Shown: one piece after another, positions 28,073 through 42,483 of the stretch
Layout: every line of letters starts with the position of its first letter
How positions within the stretch are numbered: the stretch's first letter is position 1
From: Antedon mediterranea
Lineage: Eukaryota; Animalia; Echinodermata
Length of the DNA stretch: 64,000 nucleotides
Direction: 5' to 3'
NCBI RefSeq assembly: GCF_964355755.1
Contig: NC_092674.1
Span: 16,554,001-16,618,000, forward strand
Made by a program: the position numbers and the translations under genes
Notes under the pieces: generated by a model
Database searches by the model: none
The model's input: only the letters and a program-made list of their open reading frames with translations
Told to the model about the DNA's origin: nothing

Positions 28073-31035
28073 CAGTACCGGACAGAATTATTGCAGATTT
28101 TGAACGCATTCAACGCATTGTTAAAGTGTTGACAACGCGTTGAAACTGCGTTGTCCGTTGGCGTTGAAAGTGTTGAGTTCGTTGAACTGTTTATTCAACC
28201 AACACAATGTGTTGCGTTGAGTTTGCGTTGAAATAACGAACAATCGGATTCGTATGGTATTTACAGATTGCCAGTGTGTATTAGTAGTACCGTATTTTCC
28301 GGAGTATAGGTCGACCCGAAGTATAAGTCGACCCCCAACTTTGGCCTAGAATATCGTTGATTTTGGTATGACCTGAATATAAGTCGACCCCCAAAATCAG
28401 CTAATAACACAACTTACTTTAAAGTTCAAAGAGGGCTAGAAATGTATGAAATGTGGTTATTTGTTTATACTGTATTATTAAAGTGTAGGCCTAATCAATA
28501 TCGGACGGACGGACGTAATGATGACAACTTCGCCGCCGTCTTCACCAGCCTATAATAAATGACAGCGATGTAGCGTTACTTGCCATCAGCGATGTTTTTC
28601 GCGTCACTCGAATAAATTAAAACGAGTTTTCCGTTAGGAGGCTTATTAATGTACAGGCGAGTAGTTGTAAATCGCGTTATCTGTAAATGTACACGCGCCC
28701 GACTAAGGAGAATTTATTTTATGAATAGACATGCGCAGTAATTGTAATTACGAACAAACAAACAAACTGCGCATGTGTATAGATGAAAATATCGCTCAAT
28801 AACAAACATGCTGCATGGACATTCCGACGTCTGTGGTGTGTGTTACGATGTTTTCGCGAGAGTGAATAAGAAGCATAAAGAAAACTATTTATTCTTAATT
28901 ATCTTAAAATAAAAGCGTAATATTTACATCAAAATGAGTCATTGTGATATATTAATATTTTATTGACCAGTACTTGTTGCAGTTGTATTATTTTGTACAA
29001 TGTAGGTATTAAATTGAAAACTTCTGTGAGTGATTGATGATAGGCCACTGACCTTGCTGGGTCTTGACAGCTGACGGCTTTTGAACATATTTTTTCGGCT
29101 TGATTTTTTTCAAAAATCGCATGGTCGGAGTATAAGTCGACCCCCCGATTTTGCAATTAAAATTTTCCCACAAAGTCTCGACCTATACTCCGGAAAATAC
29201 GGTAGTAGTAATAGTATAAAATACAGTATTACAAATATTTACGAAAACAAACATAATGTGTATTTTTCCGCGGAAACCTAGCTTAATATATTACACTAGG
29301 CTAGGCCTACTACTAACGAGTAGGCCCCGTGTGTATATGAGCCGCGTCTGCCATCGCAGTTAAAAGTACGTGGTCATGTCCTCAATTACTGTGTGCCTAT
29401 ATTAACTGGAGTATTAAATACCAAAGTTAAGGCGGCGGTGAATCTTGGAGGCTAGGTCACATCGTAATTAATTATTTCCAAACTAAAAACTTCGCAGTAC
29501 TGTACTACATTTTTCTCGATTATTTATAAAAACAACATAGCCTACACCCGCCGCCATGGAAGGCAACAATACACCACCAACATAACGATCCAGCATGGTC
29601 GTCGTCTTTTTCACGCATGCTTTTCGTGACGTGAGGGACTGATCGAAAGGTGAAGAGTTCATTCATTATGAAATAACGCGTAATTAAAAGGGAAAAAATC
29701 GTTTAGTTTTATTATTATCCATAAATATATCATTATCATGTATTATATTATAAATTAATTATTGTGATGCCTAACGTAACCCATGCAGAGAAAAGCGTTA
29801 AATATAATAACCAAGAAATAGGAATGACCAATTTGATGACAATAGGCAATGTTAGGCGTTTTCTTTAAAATCAAAACCTGTGCCATACCATATTATTCAC
29901 GCCAAGGTGTAACCCACAAATATTTGAATAACCAAACAATTCAGAATAAAGAACCACTTTATTCTGATGCAAGACAATATATTATTACAGGCGAGGTTTA
30001 GGCGTTTTCTCTTTAACATACTATTGTTTTGTTTCTTAATATAATTATATTGGCCTCCTCCTGAAACTGTATGAATGGGATGGGAGTTGCGAGAATATGC
30101 GAGCGAACAGCCAACATTTTAATCAGTTTACAGTGTGATGCTTTTCAAAACGCGCAACGTTTTCAACGCGTTCAACGCTATGGGATTCAATTGTTTAACG
30201 TCGTCAATGAACGGTCAACGGGTTCAACACATTCAACACGCTCTATTGTTAACGTATTCAAAACGCTTTTTGTACTTAAAAATGTAATGTTGTTCGATTT
30301 ATAAAGATTTAAATTGGTTCATGGGTGTCGGACACGTCAAATTTTTTAGTTCTTTCAAATTACATTACAACAAACAATGGGACAATTATAAAATAAAAAC
30401 CAAAATAGAGAAACAATATTTTAACTTTATCTCTTGAATCTCGAACAGCTAAAAAATGTAGGCCTAAATAAAATTAATTACTTCGTCGTCATTAACGATC
30501 GTTAAATACGTCATAACACACGTGGTGTTTTTCTTGAGGAAACCAGGGTGGCGGCCTCGTGTGTTGATGTCAGTAATTTCCACGTTGTTTGATTTTACGA
30601 CGCGAGATCGTGTTTTCCCCCGGAAGGCCTACAGTACAGTGTTAACTGTTAGACTTGGCATCGACCTTATTATTCGATGTTTTCCTTCACTAAACACTGG
30701 GAAATATCACTGTGTGTTTTATTTGGTAACTGTCCGCTCAATACTTAAAAATATATCTAAGCTTCATATATATTTTATTTATATTAAAATATCTGGTAGT
30801 GACTGCCGATAGGTATTTTGCCTGTTGTTGTTACTGATCGTTCAGGCGTGCAATCGGCCAGTCTAGTGCTGCAGCAGCTAGCGTTGAAATAACTAATTGT
30901 TTACTTGACATGCTGATAATGACTTTCGTTGAATAAACAACTAAACGTTGAAAGCCGTTCAACGCAACGCAAACACAACGCAACGACAACGTGTTGAATG
31001 CGTTGGGATTTTTGCAATAATTCTGTCCTGTACTG
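28073..31035. mobile_element. Tc1/mariner-type non-autonomous element inserted in a Helentron copy
   Basis: TIRs CAGTACCGGACAGAATTATTGCA / TGCAATAATTCTGTCCTGTACTG; TA flanks; CGTTGAA/TTCAACG subterminal repeats; the host Helentron sequence resumes at 31036. Confidence 0.85.
28290..29202. mobile_element. pogo/Tigger-like MITE nested in 28073-31035
   Basis: TIR CCGTATTTTCCGGAGTATAGGTCGA at both ends, TA TSD, TATAAGTCGACCC subterminal repeats. Confidence 0.88.
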
Positions 31036-34000
31036 TAGAATAGGTGAAATTACGGGACCCGCTATTTATTGCAATTTTTAACATGTTGACGGTTTTAAAA
31101 TGAAACGCGAAGGTAGCAATTTCGAAAGGAAATTATCTCAGCAACAACGTATTAGCGTGTAGAAGAAATTTGAATACGTGAAATATTGATGCGCGCTCTT
31201 TTAAATGTAATGAATTATGACGCAAAAGATGAAAATACGACCTTTTTTATTTAACTGGCCATATGATGACGTCACAACATCCGATTGGCAACATTTTTAC
31301 ATAATTTCGTATCTACAATCCAATACCTTCCAGAAAAAGTTTTAATCGTGATTATCACATTTTATTCTTACGAGCTATAACAGATTAAAATTTACTGTAA
31401 AGATGAAATTGATGCCACACGTGATTTAAATTTTTAGGCATGATGACGTTAAAAAAATTAAAATATTTTTAACTCATGCGAAAGATAGTTGATTGACCTA
31501 GACAATATCAAAATCGGGGTGAAAATGGAAAACGAATAAGTGGAGATGCGCTCTATTCAATGTGATGAGCTATGACGAAAGATACAAAAATCCTAAATTT
31601 TATATTCGCGTGGCCATACAATGACGTCACAATGTCCGGTTAGCCATATTAATACCTGATCCGATATCTACAACTCATCTACTTCCAGAATATGTCATCC
31701 ACAAAAAGTTGACCGTCTAGTTTAGAAATTACGACTGTTTAAAAAAAGGCATATTTTAAACGAATTTTTTAACCTTTTCATAAAAAACGCGCGCAAACTG
31801 TCCAATTCGACGTGCTCGTATGACGTATCTTTAAGTCGAAATTGTTTAAAATTTGGTAAAATTACTAGAAAAGGCTGGAAAAACATAAATCACTCGAAAA
31901 AAAAACGTTTTCAATGCTACGTGCGCACCGCACACTTAAAAATGTGCGCACGCGTGGGAATTTTTGACATGCTTAAAACGACATGAAACGCGTAGAAAGT
32001 TGATTATAAATTAATTTTGCGCATTTTGAAATTTTAAATGCGCGTGCGCGCGTAACTTAGTGTAAAACACGTAATTTTTTTTCAACAGAAAGTTAGCGCA
32101 TGATATAAATTAAACTTTTGCAAAGTTTCACTTTAAAATGTTATTTGGTTTTCGACATATGTTAAATACGACAAAATCGTTAAATCGCGCGTACGTCACG
32201 TTGCGCAATTGTAAACATCATGAAAAGCTTCGCTTGCTGACGTTACGTAAATGTCAATATGTTAAGATAGTTACCGAAATGTTATGTTTGCGAGTTTTGG
32301 AGAAAAGCGTTACACAAAAATCATACAGAAAGAAAGAAGAACTAGAGTTAGTTATCCGCACGACAAACGCCACGTGCACGTGATACGTTAGAATATTGCA
32401 CACAGAAAAAGATTATGGCATTATGACCTGAACTGAAGAATATGATATGTTGTTATTGCTGAATTCTGTTATTTTGTGTCATATAGACAATATAATCTGT
32501 ATACATATTACATACAGTGTAGAATAGGTGAAATTACGGGACCCCCCGTTTATTCCTATTTTTAACATGGCGACGGTATCAAAATGAAAAACTAAGACAG
32601 CAATTTGGGAAGGAAATTATCTCAGTAACAACATATTAACGTGCAGAAGAAATTTGAATACGTGAAATATTGATGCACGCTCTTTTAAATGTAATGAATT
32701 ATGACACTAAAGATGAAAATACGACTTTTCTTATTTAACTGGCCATATGATGACGTCACAACATCCGAATGGCAAAATATTTATATGATTTTGTATCTAC
32801 AATCCAATAGCTTCCAGAAAACGTTTTAATCGTGATTATCACATTTTATTCGTACGAGCTATAACAGATTAAAATTTACTGTAAAGATGAAATTAAAGGC
32901 ACAAGTAATTTAAATTTGTAGGCATGATGACGTCATAACAATTAAAATATTTTTAACTCATGCAAAGGATAGTTGATTGACCTAGACAATATCAAAATCG
33001 GGGTGAAAATGGAAAACGGATAAGTGGAGATGCGCTCTATTAAATGTGATGCGCTATGACAAAAGAGAAAAAATCCCTATATTTTATATTCGAGTGGCCA
33101 TACGATGACGTCATAATGTCCGGTTTGCCATATTGATGCATGATACGATATCTACAACTCATCATCTTCCAGAATACGTAATAAAAACAACTTTTACCGT
33201 TTAGTTTAGAAACTACAACTGTTTAAAAAAAGGTATAATTTTGACAAATTTTGATGAATTTTTGAACTTTTTCATAAAAAACGTACATAAATTATCCAAT
33301 TCTACGGGCTCGTATGACGTGATTTTAAGTCGAAATCGTTTAAAAGTTGGTAAAATTACTAGAAAAGGCTGGAAAAACCTAAATCACGCGAAAAAAATTG
33401 TTTTCAACGCTACGTGCGCACCGCGCGCGTGGGAATTTTTTACATGCTCAAAATGACATGAAACGCGTAGAAAGTTTTTAAATGCGCGTGCGCGCGTAAC
33501 TTCGTGTGAAACATGCCATTTTTTTTCCACAGTCAGTTAGCGCAGAATATAAATTAAACTTTTGCTAAGTTTCAATTTAAATTGTTATATGGTTTTTGAT
33601 TTATGTTAAATACGCGAAATTCGTTAAAATGCGCGTAAGTCATGTTGCGCAATTCTGACGTCATTCAAAAATAAAAAAGCACAACTTCACGTGAATGCCC
33701 ATATGTTGACAAAGTTATGAAATGTTAACTTTACACGTTTTTGAGATATGCTCTGCACAAAAATGACAGAAAGAAAGAAGAATACAGAAAAACTAGATTT
33801 GAACTCGTCACTTTGACGAGTTCGGGTTATCCGCGCATACGCAACATGCACATACTTTAAACTATATGAACCTCGACAATTATTATGCCATCCTATGACA
33901 TGAAATAAATATCTTTACAGTGCTGAATTGTACCGATGTTGTAGCATACATCATGTTACAGTATTTACAGAATACACTGTATATTATGTTATATACAGTG

Positions 34001-37000
34001 TAGCATAGACGGAATTACGAGACCCATCTTTTAAATCCAATTATTAACACGATGACATCATCAAATTGACATAAAAATAATAATTTTAGAAGATAATTAT
34101 CTAATTAATTACATTAATACAAATTTGGAGAATTTTGGTCACGTAAAAGTGAGATGCGCTCTCGTTTAAACGCAATGAACTTTTACGCAAGAGGTGAAAA
34201 TATGACTTTTTGAATTCAACTGGCCATATGATGACGTCACAACATCTGATTGACAAAATATTCACATGAATTCGTATCTACAATCCAATAGCTTCAAGAA
34301 AACGTTTAATAATGATTATCACTTATAACTCTGACGAGCTATAACCGATTGAAATTTACTGTAAAGATAAAAATAAGTGACCCACGTTATTTACATTTTT
34401 AGACATGATGACGTCATAAAAATTAAAATATTTTAAACTCATGCGAAAGATAGTTGATTGACCTAGACAGTATTAAAATATATGAGGAAATGGAATACGT
34501 ATAAGCGATATGCGCTCTATTTAATGTAATGAGCAATAACGAAACAGTCAAAAATCCAATATTTTACATTTGTGTGGCCATACGATGACGTCATAACATC
34601 CGAGGGGTAAAGATTCTGCATGAATTCATATCTACAACATATCTGCTTACATATTAAATTTTTAAAAATGGGGGTAACGGTTGATCCTGAGGAGCTATAA
34701 TAGATTCAAAGTAGGCATAATTTTGACAATATTTTGTCTTTTTTTAAACTAAAACGCACGCAAATTGTCTAAATCAACGTGTTCGTATGACGTCATTTTA
34801 ATTTGAAATGATGTCAATCTTTTTTTAAATGACTAGGAAAGGCTGGAAAATCATAATTCAAGAGAAAAAAACATGATTTTCATGCACCGTGCGCACCATA
34901 CGCGTAAATTTGTTTGCGCGCGCGGGAATTTTTGACATGCTTAAAATGTCATGATCAGCGTAGAAAGTTGATTAGAAATTAATTTTGCGCATTTTGAAAT
35001 TTTAAATGCGCGGGCGCGGGTAACTTCTTGTGAAACATGCCATTTTTAATCCATAGAAAGTTCGCCCTTGATATGACTTAAATTTTCACCAAGTATCAAT
35101 AAAAAATGACTTTTGGTTTATAATCTATGATCAATCATTTAAATTCATAAAATCGCGCGTAACTCACGCTGCGCGACTCTAACGTCATATAACAAAGTTT
35201 CTTGCACATCTACAGCTACAGGTCAATCTTTTGACAAAGTTATACAAAGTTACGTTTACAAGCAATAGGGGATATGCGACGCACAAAAATCCGGGAAAGA
35301 AAGAAGAACTAGACATGAAACTCGTCACTTTGACGAGTTAGTTATCCGCTCGACAAACGCCACGTGCACGTCATACGTTAGAATATTGCACACAGAAAAA
35401 TATTAAGGCATTATGACCTGAACTGAAGAATATGATATGTTGTTATTTCTGAATTCTGTTATTTTGTGTTATATAGTATACACAGTACAATCTGTATACA
35501 TATCACAAACAGTGTAAAATAGGTGAAATTACGGGACCGGTATTTTATTGTAATTTTTAACATCTTGACGGTTTCAAAATGAAATGCAAAAGTAGAAATT
35601 TCAGAATGAAATTATCTCAGCAACAACATATTAACGTGTAGAAGAAATTTCATCAAAACAATGTTTTTTTAAATTGTAATCAATATTATTGTAATAATAT
35701 TTTTTGTTATATCTACAACGAAGTCTTTATTTAGGTTTTTTCTTACCTAGGCTCGGTCGCGCCCAGCCTCAACAAGTTCTTTCTAACTTGTTATTAATGA
35801 GTTTCGCACCCGCAACATCGAGTGCATGATCGTGTGTGGGCTAGCCTCGCTCGATCATTTCGAGAGGGCGCACGTTTTCACGGACAATCGTATTCGATTA
35901 GTATCTATGTATCCGAGAAGTGTATACGCTAGGTCCATGCTATAATCAACTGGAGAATATACTAGTCGAATACCGTACACCATGTGGCCGCCCAGAAGGG
36001 CTTGCGCTAGGGGTACAGAGGTCGGCAATCGTGCGTATAACTATAAATAAATACATTCCAATCGTAAACGTTTACAAATGAAATTTTATCGGAGCGCCTA
36101 AAACAGCTCTATAATGAACAAATCTTTTCATCATATTTAGTATAACATCACGCTAAAATGCCTTGAAAACTAGGCAGAAGCAGGTTGCCGTTACATTAAT
36201 ACACTGTAGCTAGCCTAGGCGCGCCAACCAACGAGGTGACGATTATGTACAATCTGTGTGGTGAGGCATTTATGTTCGGTGTATAAGACGCACCCTTAAT
36301 TTAGAGGTCAAATTTGCGTGTCAAAAGTGCGACTTATACACCGAAATATACGGTATAATAAGATGTTGGCTTAAAAAAAAGAAGTGAAAATGGCATGTTT
36401 TTTGTTTAGTAATGTATGAAATATTTATTTTAGGTGCCCCACGGTACAGAGGGTTACTTGTAAATAAAAAAATTGGTGAACATTTGAACAATTAACATTT
36501 TTTTAACGTTTTTGCTGTAGCGTACGTAGACACACAGTACACGACGTAACCGTCGGTAAACCTCGCCTGAAAAGTAACCACAGTACACATTTTGGTCCCT
36601 GGATGGAACATGATATGACGCGTCTGGACTCAACGTACGTAGCGTACCTACAGTAGCTATTATTTAGTAGTTAGGTCGCTGGCAATAATGAATGGAATGG
36701 AATGGAGCTAATACTGTACTGTGGTTGAGAGCAAAATGCATGTGGTATTTTTACCATGGAGTAATTACACACAGTAGTACTTCTTAAAGCTCAAGTGGGA
36801 ATCAAGGATATTTCTATTTTCGTAAACAATGTTATGAAAACGGCACAGATTGAAGTCTATTTTCAAGTACTGTAGCTTGAGCAGTATTTCTATTTTGTAG
36901 ACTATTTTTTTCACACACGGCGTACGTCTTCTTGCAGCTCGAGCGAAAGTCTAGTGTTATTTTTTTAAAACAAGACGATCAACTGAACTTAAAACGAATT

Positions 37001-37485
37001 ACGGATTAACGATTTGCCTCAAAAGATGTCGATGTTGTGATAAATTTCTGCACAGAATAATATGCGGATGGCTTGGCGATTGGAACATTCCAATCTCTCT
37101 TCCAAGTTTTAATTTCCTCAGGCATAATAAATCAGTGGCCAACAAAAACCAGTACACTCATGAGCATGCCCAGTTCGAGTTTTAACCATAATTCAATGAT
37201 TATCTGATGGCGAATTATTATAATATTGGCCCAGATTGACAGCCAAAAATCAGTCAGTTTAAATACAGGCCATAAATAAAGTTTTTACTGTTATTCATTA
37301 TTTGACATAGTCAGGTCGCTTACCACTTTTTTGTGCACTTCGTGACAAAAGCACCAAACTTGGCAGAAACCTTCTTTAGTACCTAACAATTCTAAAAGGG
37401 TGTACAAATAAAGTGCAAGTACATTTATAGCATGGATCTACGTTTTTGTTATGCGTCTAGAATCATGACATATTTGTATTGACAC

Positions 37486-38067
37486 TAATACCCCTTTCAC
37501 ACCAAAACTCCGGAGTGTCTCCGGAGACACCCCGGGGTTTATGACCATTCAAAACGTCGAGAAACTCCGGAGATACCCCTTTCACACCAACCTAGCAACT
37601 CCGGGGTTTATAAAATAAAATTGTAAATGTCGCCCTCTATTTTGTTTGTTTACATAGCGACGATCATTAGAATCATTTTAATTAATAATATGTTTAATTT
37701 AATAATTACTTTCAAAAGTCTCAGAAGTAATATAATGTTTTATTGATACTACTTATTATTTTTGAACCTGCTATATATGTTGTACAAATATTTAAAGTAT
37801 TTTGAAATAAAACTAAAGCAATGAGTGATCGTGTGAGGATGACCTTTTGACCCGAAACACTCCGGAGTTTGATGTTGGTACCTTTCACACCAAAACACCG
37901 GGGTGTCCCCGCAGTTCGCTCTCCGGAGAATGTTCAGCTGTTCAACCCCGCAGTTTTAAACTCCGGAGTTGCTTGATTTTACCTTTCACACCAAACAGCG
38001 GGACGTCAACTCCGGGGTGTCTCCGGAGTGTCTCCGGAGTTTTGCTTTTGGTGTGAAAGGGGTATTA
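37486..38067. mobile_element. MITE (Harbinger-like)
   Basis: Inverted ends TAATACCCCTTTCACACCAAAA / TTTTGGTGTGAAAGGGGTATTA; internal CTCCGGAG and CCTTTCACACCAA repeats. Confidence 0.8.
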
Positions 38068-38756
38068 GACTATACTACTTGTGTAGCTTATATGTCATAC
38101 AAGTACCGCGGCATGGATAACAAAGACCTGTGCAAGAAAATCCTGCTGATCGGAACTTGCAGTTGTTTACTGAGCAGACGGGCAGCTTTTTACGTTCACA
38201 CTTTAGTATTAATTCTCTACTTACTTTGGATGCTTCAGGTATTATCCAGACTGGCTGCACATAAGACTACTATAAATAACAGTACAACCAAAACCTCCGG
38301 GTGAAGGTACATATACTGCATTAATAATGAAATAATATCGAACATCATTGGTGTTAAACTGGTAGTCCAATGCTTGCTTGATATGTGGCAGGGACAAGCC
38401 AGATCAGTCGCATGTCGCAAAATTTAATTTTGAGATAATATCATATTATTATGCAGGTAATTATCTGTTTTATAATGGTAAAAAAATTATTGCAATCCAA
38501 CTTTTTACTTACAAAGTTATGTGAAATTTAAAACATGTATGTGTTGGAACTCTCTGGATTATGTTTCGGAGAAATTTGTTTTAGTTATCAGTATGTTTAA
38601 ATAAAATTCCTGAATTATTTTGTTTTTATATTACTCTTGTACAGTAACATGCAAAATCTCAATATGATTCTAGAACATAAATGTAAGATTTAAAATATTA
38701 AAAAAACCAGAAATATTTCTTACAAAAAACGCTGCTCGACTTTTTTGACCAGTTTG

Positions 38757-38893
38757 AATTATTAACTGGAAAATTATTACTTTATGTTGAACCAAAAAAA
38801 TACATACACAATTGGTATAAATACGGTAACATTAGTTTGTGTATGTATTTTTTTTGGTTAACATAAAAGTAATAAATTTCCAGTTAATTATAT
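38757..38893. repeat. AT-rich inverted repeat, ~55-bp arms
   Basis: ttaactggaaaattattactttatgtt..accaaaaaaatacatacacaa is the near reverse complement of ttgtgtatgtattttttttggtt.aacataaaagtaataaatttccagttaa. Confidence 0.75.
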
Positions 38894-39500
38894 TCAGAGA
38901 ACCAGATGAATTTATTTAATAGTTTTAATTATTGTTCTTTTGTCATTAAATGATGTTTTTTAATTTTTTTTTTTATTTTTAATTTTTTTTTTTATTCATT
39001 TCAAAAAAATACAACCATAACACAAAATCACTTATATAAAGTAATAGGTATCAAAATGATATGAACGTTTAAATAAAATAGTGATCAAACAATATTAAAA
39101 ACTATAAATTATTAATTCCATTTTTTTTTAAAGTAAATAATTAATTAATTTTGTAAATGCTGTGTTTTCCACAATTATGTAACTAATCTAACTAAATATA
39201 ATTGTATTAATCAAATTAGCCAGAGATATACTAACATATTAATTTTTTTTTTGTCTTTACATAGCAATAATAAATAATACTCATATACATACACATGCAT
39301 ACACACAAATATATCTTAATTTGTATTATAACCAAGGAACTATAATATAATTGTATTAATTAAAATCTGATAACTACATTTAACAACATAACCATTTTTG
39401 TTTCTTTAAAAAAATACATAATATATTTTTAATTATCTGTATTGTAACCAAGGAACTAATAGTATGCCAATAAAAAATATAATAATAATAATAATAATAA

Positions 39501-40944
39501 CTAGAATTTAATTCGTCACTTTGACGAATTATAGGTGATCATTTTTATCATTTTATTGACATTCATATTTTTTAAACATGCACGTATGTTAACATACGAT
39601 CGGAAAATGTTGATGTATGCCATCCTATTATACGCTTATAGTGCTGAGTTGTGCCTATTATATGCCATATACAATATGTACTGTATATACTGTACTGTGT
39701 ATATCTATATACAGTGTAGCATAGGTGAATTTACGGGACCCACATCATGTTCTAATTTTTTTGTATGATGACGTTGTCAAAATAAACTTGAAGAGAACAA
39801 TATCGAAAGATAATGAATTGAGCAATAAATATAACAATTGGAAGAAAATTTGGCACGTAGAAGCGCGGTGCGCGCTCTTTAAAATTTGTATAACGACGAA
39901 AGAGATGAAAAAATGACTTTTTAACTTCAACTGGCCATATGATAACGTCACAACATCCGATAGGCTTCATTTTTATATGAATACATATCTACATTTCACT
40001 AGATCTCATAATAAGTTATAAACATCAAGGTCAACTTTAATTCAGAAGAGCTGTAAGGTATTCAAATTTACCTTGTAGTTGAAATTACGTAACCACCGTT
40101 ATTTAAATTTTAAGACGTGATGACGTTATCCAAATGAAAATCTTGGCAATTCATAAGTAACATAATTGGTTGAGGCACAATGTATTAAAAATTAAAAGAA
40201 AATCGATCACAGATAAGCGAGTTGCGCTCTGTTGAATATGGTGGTCTATGACAAAAGGGGAAAAAATCCTATTTTAAAAATTCATGTGGCCAAATGATGA
40301 CGTCATACAATTTTGTACGTCTGATGTGTATATACATTTATATCTACAACTCATTGGCTTCCATAATAAGTTAAAAAAATTGGGGGTCACCGTGCATTCT
40401 GAAGAATTATTTTCATTTCAGAAATGCCTTATTTTTTACCATTTTTAGCACTTTTGTACAATTAATGTGCGCATTTTGTCATTTTTAACGTGCTCGTATA
40501 GCACTATTTTAAGTCGAAATGGACTCAAATTTGGTGGATGTACCAAGTAAGATGAGTAGAATGCAATTTGTACAAAAAAATTGTATTTTTTACGCTTTCT
40601 GTGTACGCACGCGCAAAAACGTGTTTTTGCGCAGTAATTTTTTAAAACATGCAAATGGCCTAATTCATGCTCTAAATTGATCAAAACATAATTTTGAGCT
40701 TTTTAAATTTTTAACGCGCGATTTCACGCGCATGACCCTACGTGCGCGTGCGTTTTTATTTGCTAATATTTTTACCCTTGACCTGAAGTTTACGTGTTGT
40801 GAATTTTATTAATATGTGATAATGAGTTATGGAGATATGATTGATAATGTGATTTCACAAAATGGCGTATAAATAACAATAAAAACAACAATAAAGATTT
40901 CATACAATAACAATAGGTGATCATTTTATTCTAAATGATCACCT
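39501..40944 (-). mobile_element. Complete Helentron-type non-autonomous element
   Basis: CTAG + TTCGTCA-ctt-TGACGAA hairpin + AGGTGATCATTT at the left end; hairpin AGGTGATCATTT-tattct-AAATGATCACCT at the right end (40915-40944); sits in an (AAT)n tract; no TSD. Confidence 0.82.
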
Positions 40945-41559
40945 AATAATTTCTGGTTTACGTTTTAATTCAATACAGTAATAAAGAGCAAGCGTAATAA
41001 TAATAATACACAAAAGTAAGTCATTTTCTCGAGAAACAGTATCATTAAGTTATTAAATATAATCTTCTATTAATCTCCACTTTTGTCTGAAATTATACAA
41101 TGTACTTCTTTTAGAAGCAATGTTTTTTTCTACGTTATAATTAAATTTTAACCGATTAAAGAAAACCTGGAAGACTGGCTTTTTGTGAGTTAATTTGTAA
41201 CTAAATATAATTTTCTTAATCAACAAAATACATAGATTTAATAATTGATATTCTGTTTGATAATTTAAGAAATAATGAAAACCAATCAATTAATTGAATC
41301 AAACAATCTATTTTTATTTCAGAACAAAATCCATGGCTGTATTGTATAGAACAAAAGTATAATTTTAGACTAAACTATAGTACATATTCCGGTGTAGAGG
41401 CGTTATTCCTTAATGTCGTAGTGACCCACAAACCCCAACATTCTTGTAATCAAAATGTCTAATTTCCCAGAACTTTCGTTATGACACTATATAACCCTGA
41501 CCTTGTACTATCATGTTCACGCTCAGAAATCATTGAAGATCTACTTGGGACTAGATGTA

Positions 41560-41865
41560 CGTAACAGTAAGCCAACAAGTTAACAACCACACACTACAAG
41601 TAGCAATGGTATACATGACCTTGCTTGTAGTGTCATGTACGCGCACAACATACAAACATCGAATCAAACATCAATTTGGAACTATACGTATAACAGTAAG
41701 CAAATGATGTTAACAACCAAACACAAGTAGCAATGGTATACATGGCCTTGACCTTGTAGTATCGTGCGCAAAAAACATCGACTTGGAACTATACATACAT
41801 AACAGTTAGCCAATGATAAATATCAACAACACACTACAAGTAGCAATAGTATATATGACCTTGAC
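41560..41865 (+). repeat. Degenerate ~110-130 bp tandem repeat, three copies
   Basis: taacagtaagc...acaagtagcaatggtatacatgaccttg recurs at about 41562, 41690 and 41800. Confidence 0.7.
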
Positions 41866-42240
41866 ATTGAGCAAAAAAGATCGCAAAATAGTAATAATTC
41901 AATGCGTTGACAGACGTATCGTGAACACACAAGTATTGAAACAACTCAATATAATCATGATATAATGTATTACGGTAACTCGATCAAAATTGTTGAGTCT
42001 AGAACTACATGTGATTTTTTTTTTTTTACATTTCTGGGCGAAAAAGTCTCTTTTTTTTTACATTTGTAGGCAATGGTTGTTTTCACATTTGTGGGTGATG
42101 CGTTTTCACATTTGTGACAAGCCCCCCTAGGGTTTTGGAATAAAAAAACAATGGCAAACATGTTTAGGCATGTTTTTGAAACATCACTCTGCTGGATAGC
42201 TATAAGTATAAGTTCATGAGGATTTATAATTAAATGATGA

Positions 42241-42426
<186 letters not shown>

Positions 42427-42483
42427 TAATATGTTTTATCCTTAATTGTACAAATAATAATTAGTTAAAAGAAAAAGATAAAA

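Larger units (their letters stand above)
23745..35650 (-). mobile_element. Array of seven Helentron/Helitron2-type non-autonomous elements (~1.5 kb units)
   Basis: Units begin on + with CTAG at 23745, 24783, 26317, 27845, 32342, 33793 and 35309, followed by the hairpin (c/t)TCGTCA-ctt-TGACGA(g/a) (deleted in the 32342 unit) and a sub-TIR (GTTATCCGC or AGGTGATCA). On the minus strand this reads sub-TIR, hairpin, CTAG-3', a rolling-circle 3' end. No TSDs; homologous bodies. Confidence 0.78.

Noticed and set aside
23745-35650. CRISPR-like recurrence of a ~35-bp palindromic repeat
   Set aside because: Repeats are ~1.5 kb apart, the intervening sequences are homologous to each other, there are no cas genes and the DNA is eukaryotic; these are Helentron ends.
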